Source: Candidatus Altiarchaeota archaeon | GTDB taxonomy: Archaea > Altiarchaeota > Altiarchaeia > IMC4 > SCGC-AAA252-I15 | NCBI GenBank assembly: GCA_043800255.1 | Contig: JAZDNF010000008.1 | Location: forward strand, 64,001 to 128,000 | Direction of reading: 5' to 3' | DNA length: 64,000 nucleotides | Shown here: positions 61,352-64,000 of the stretch, one piece after another | How the letters are laid out: each line of letters opens with the position of its first letter | Numbering within the stretch: the first letter of the stretch is position 1 | Translations under genes and position numbers: made by a program | Notes under the pieces: generated by a model | Database searches by the model: none | What the model was told of the DNA's origin: nothing | The model's input: only the letters and a program-made list of their open reading frames with translations

Positions 61352-62254
61352 ATGGGCGAGAAGATTACGGCAGTCGTTCCAGCATACAACGAGGAAAACT
61401 GGATCAAAAATGTCCTGACGACGCTGAAGGAGGCGAAAGAGGCCGGCATAATTGACGACATTATCGTAGTAGACGACGGCAGCACCGACAGGACGGGAGA
61501 GATTGCCAAAGAACTTGGAATCAGAGTCATAAGACACGACACAAACAAGGGAAAAAGCGAAGGATTCATGACAGCAGCCAGAGACGCCAGAGAATCTGAC
61601 ATAATATTCATGACAGACGCTGACATGACAAACCTCACGCCCGAGAAGATAGAAAAGTTCCTGAACGGGATAAAAGGCAGGGACGACGTCTGGATGATAC
61701 GATCAGGGTACAAGCAGAATGAGATTTCCCCTAAAGGGAAACTCGAGGCAGAGTGCCTCCCACAGCATTCAGGATTCAGGGCAATCAGGACCTCAGCACT
61801 GCAGCCGCTATACAACGGCTGGGATGCCCTGGAAAAAGGGGAGACGCCGTCCAATGCATACAGGAAATGGATGAGATACTTGAGCGCCGGAGGATTCGGC
61901 CTGGAGAAGGCGCTCGAAGAGCTGATACCAGAGAACCGGAAAGCAGAGGCAGAAGGCTTAAATCTAAGTTCCAGAGAGCGGGGCAGGGGAGGCCATCCCC
62001 TCTCAACCATAAAGTATGATTTCGAAAAGGTCGATAGGGCGGCGGAGCAGAGGTCACGGACTGCCGAGAGCCTCAACATCCTGAGAAAGCTGCGCTCATC
62101 AAGGCCTGACGACCAGCTGGTCACAGGCAGAGGGAGAGAAGAGCTCGTCAGGGTTGCGGAGATGCTGCCGAGAGCTGAGATAGAGAAGATAAGACAGGAA
62201 CTGGAAGCAGCCGACAGGGAAGGCACTAAGGGTAAATTTAGGGAAAAGCACTAG
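61352..62254 (+). CDS. GT2 glycosyltransferase with a charged C-terminal extension
   Basis: VVPAYNEE, VVDDGSTD, NKGKS, DAD and SGFRA motifs. Confidence 0.85.
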   Translation: MGEKITAVVPAYNEENWIKNVLTTLKEAKEAGIIDDIIVVDDGSTDRTGEIAKELGIRVIRHDTNKGKSEGFMTAARDARESDIIFMTDADMTNLTPEKIEKFLNGIKGRDDVWMIRSGYKQNEISPKGKLEAECLPQHSGFRAIRTSALQPLYNGWDALEKGETPSNAYRKWMRYLSAGGFGLEKALEELIPENRKAEAEGLNLSSRERGRGGHPLSTIKYDFEKVDRAAEQRSRTAESLNILRKLRSSRPDDQLVTGRGREELVRVAEMLPRAEIEKIRQELEAADREGTKGKFREKH

Positions 62255-62341
62255 AAAGGTATTTTTATACTCGTCTGACAAATAAAATATTCTTAGATTT
62301 TTCTATAGGTTTGGATGTTACATTAATGAGGTGATGAGGAT

Positions 62342-63976
62342 ATGACAAACGGAACACCGATAATCATACTACCGGAAGGAGCGTTTAGAACGCAAGGAAG
62401 AGATGCCCAGAGGGGCAACATAATGGCCGCGAAAGCGGTCGGCGAGATAGTGAAGACAACACTGGGCCCGATGGGAATGGACAAGATGGTCGTCGACGAC
62501 ATGGGAGACGTCATCATAACAAACGACGGCGCAACCATCGTGAACGAGCTGAACGTCGAGCACCCGGCGGCGAAGATGATAATCGAAGTCGCCAAAACAC
62601 AGGACGAAGAGGTCGGCGACGGCACAACGACAGCGGTCGTACTGGCAGGAGAGCTCCTAGCACAGGCTGAAAAGCTCCTGGACATGGGAATACACCCGAC
62701 AGTAATCACTGCAGGATACAGGATGGCGGCCAAAGAATCGTTCAAGATACTCGACAACATATCGGAGAAGATAACGCTGGAAGACGAACAGCTCCTGCGA
62801 AAGATAGCATCGACAGCCATGACGGGCAAGGGAGCAGATTCAGCGAAAGAAGCCCTCAACACTCTCACAGTCAGGGCGGTGAAACTGGTCGCTGAAGAGG
62901 AGAACGGGAAGACAGTAGTGGACCAGGACAACATCACGCTTGAGAAAAAACAGGGAGGCAGCATAACAGACTCGGAAATCATCGAGGGAGTGATGCTTGA
63001 CAAGGAGAGGGCAAGCAATAGCATGCCATCCAGGATAGAGTCCGCCAAAATCGCCGTACTGGACATTGGGATTGAGATAAAGAAGACAGAGACTGACGCG
63101 AAAATCAAGATAACGTCACCAGACCAGCTGTCGGCGTTTGCCATGCAGGAGGAGAAAATCCTCAAAGATAAGGTGGACCAGGTAGCGAAGTCCGGCGCGA
63201 ACGTCCTCTTCTGCCAGAAGAGCATCGACGACATGGCACTGCACTACCTGTCAAAGGCAGGCATACTGACGGTGAAAAGCGTCAGCGAATCAGACATCAA
63301 AAAGCTGTCGAAGGCCACCGGAGCGAGGATACTGACAAACATGAAAGACATCTCCAAAGCGGACCTAGGCTACGCCAAGGTCGTGGAAGAGATCAAGGTT
63401 TCAGGCGACGAGATGATATTCGTAAGAGGGTGCAAGAACCCGAAAGCGGTGACGGTCTTCATAAGAGGCGGCACAGAGCACGTAGTCGACGAAGCCGAGA
63501 GAGCTGTCGAGGACGCGATAAAGGGCGTCGCAGCCTCTGTCGAAGTCGGCAGATTCGTCACAGGCGGCGGAGCCCTCGAAATCGAGCTCTCGATGAGACT
63601 CAGAGAATACGCCGAGACCATCGGAGGCAGAGAGCAGCTTGCGATAGCAGCATTCGCCAACGCCCTAGAGACGATACCAAGAACGCTCGCCAAGAGCGCT
63701 GGCATGGACGTCATAGACACGATGGTGAAGCTCATATCAGAACATGAGAAGAAAGCGAAGAACGCCGGCGTCGACGTGCTCGAAAACAAAGTCTCCGACA
63801 TGAGGAAGAAAGGAATCATCGAGCCGCTGAAAATCAAGACGCAGGCCATAAAATCCGCAAGCGAGGCAGCCGAGCTGATACTCAGGATAGACGACATAAT
63901 CTCAGCCTCGAAGAAGGAGATGCCCTCCATGCCTCCAGGAGGAGGCGGCTGCGGCATGGGCGGGATGGGAATGTGA
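62342..63976 (+). CDS. ths: Thermosome (group II chaperonin) subunit
   Basis: TTLGPMGMDKM, TNDGATI and VGDGTTT motifs; GGM tail. Confidence 0.96.
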   Translation: MTNGTPIIILPEGAFRTQGRDAQRGNIMAAKAVGEIVKTTLGPMGMDKMVVDDMGDVIITNDGATIVNELNVEHPAAKMIIEVAKTQDEEVGDGTTTAVVLAGELLAQAEKLLDMGIHPTVITAGYRMAAKESFKILDNISEKITLEDEQLLRKIASTAMTGKGADSAKEALNTLTVRAVKLVAEEENGKTVVDQDNITLEKKQGGSITDSEIIEGVMLDKERASNSMPSRIESAKIAVLDIGIEIKKTETDAKIKITSPDQLSAFAMQEEKILKDKVDQVAKSGANVLFCQKSIDDMALHYLSKAGILTVKSVSESDIKKLSKATGARILTNMKDISKADLGYAKVVEEIKVSGDEMIFVRGCKNPKAVTVFIRGGTEHVVDEAERAVEDAIKGVAASVEVGRFVTGGGALEIELSMRLREYAETIGGREQLAIAAFANALETIPRTLAKSAGMDVIDTMVKLISEHEKKAKNAGVDVLENKVSDMRKKGIIEPLKIKTQAIKSASEAAELILRIDDIISASKKEMPSMPPGGGGCGMGGMGM

Positions 63977-64000
63977 GGAAACCAACCTCACATCTTTTCT

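Noticed and set aside
60745-63234. Long antisense ORFs (60745-62226, 62323-63234; also 21945-22658, 27565-28170)
   Set aside because: They are shadow frames opposite well-supported genes and have Ser/Phe-rich, non-protein-like composition.

Overview
Archaeal chromosomal window. Archaeal markers include a thermosome subunit, archaeal LeuRS, Hpt, split GMP synthase and tRNAs with BHB-type introns; a DPANN/Altiarchaeota-like host is only my inference. Most of it is housekeeping and metabolism: a glycogen cluster (GT3 synthase, GH133, GH57, GT4), MTA/purine salvage, an acetate cluster (OFA transporter, ACS, ACD, HDAC, DRTGG protein), bacterial-type GAPDH and RNase HIII, trpE, asd and leuS. The unusual signal is at the five tRNA genes (Tyr, Asp, Val, Ile2/CAT, Ser). 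Four have 49-59 nt introns at position 37/38. Three of these introns, and probably the fourth, share a palindromic motif (NA[A/G]CCTTTT-variable hairpin-AAAA[C/G]G[T/C]TN followed by a [A/G]CGAAAA foot). The same motif occurs outside the tRNAs, in leaders and trailers, always in the tRNA sense orientation. Three tRNAs are preceded by a 14-16 bp copy of their own 5' end. All five are followed by a short degenerate copy of their 3' end, which bounds either a hairpin cluster or an integrase-free cassette (toxin-antitoxin, PIN, Imm5-like genes). Together this suggests a non-autonomous, tRNA-targeting mini-element system that may also generate tRNA introns. No mobilising enzyme is visible in the window, and the short degenerate matches need statistical testing.
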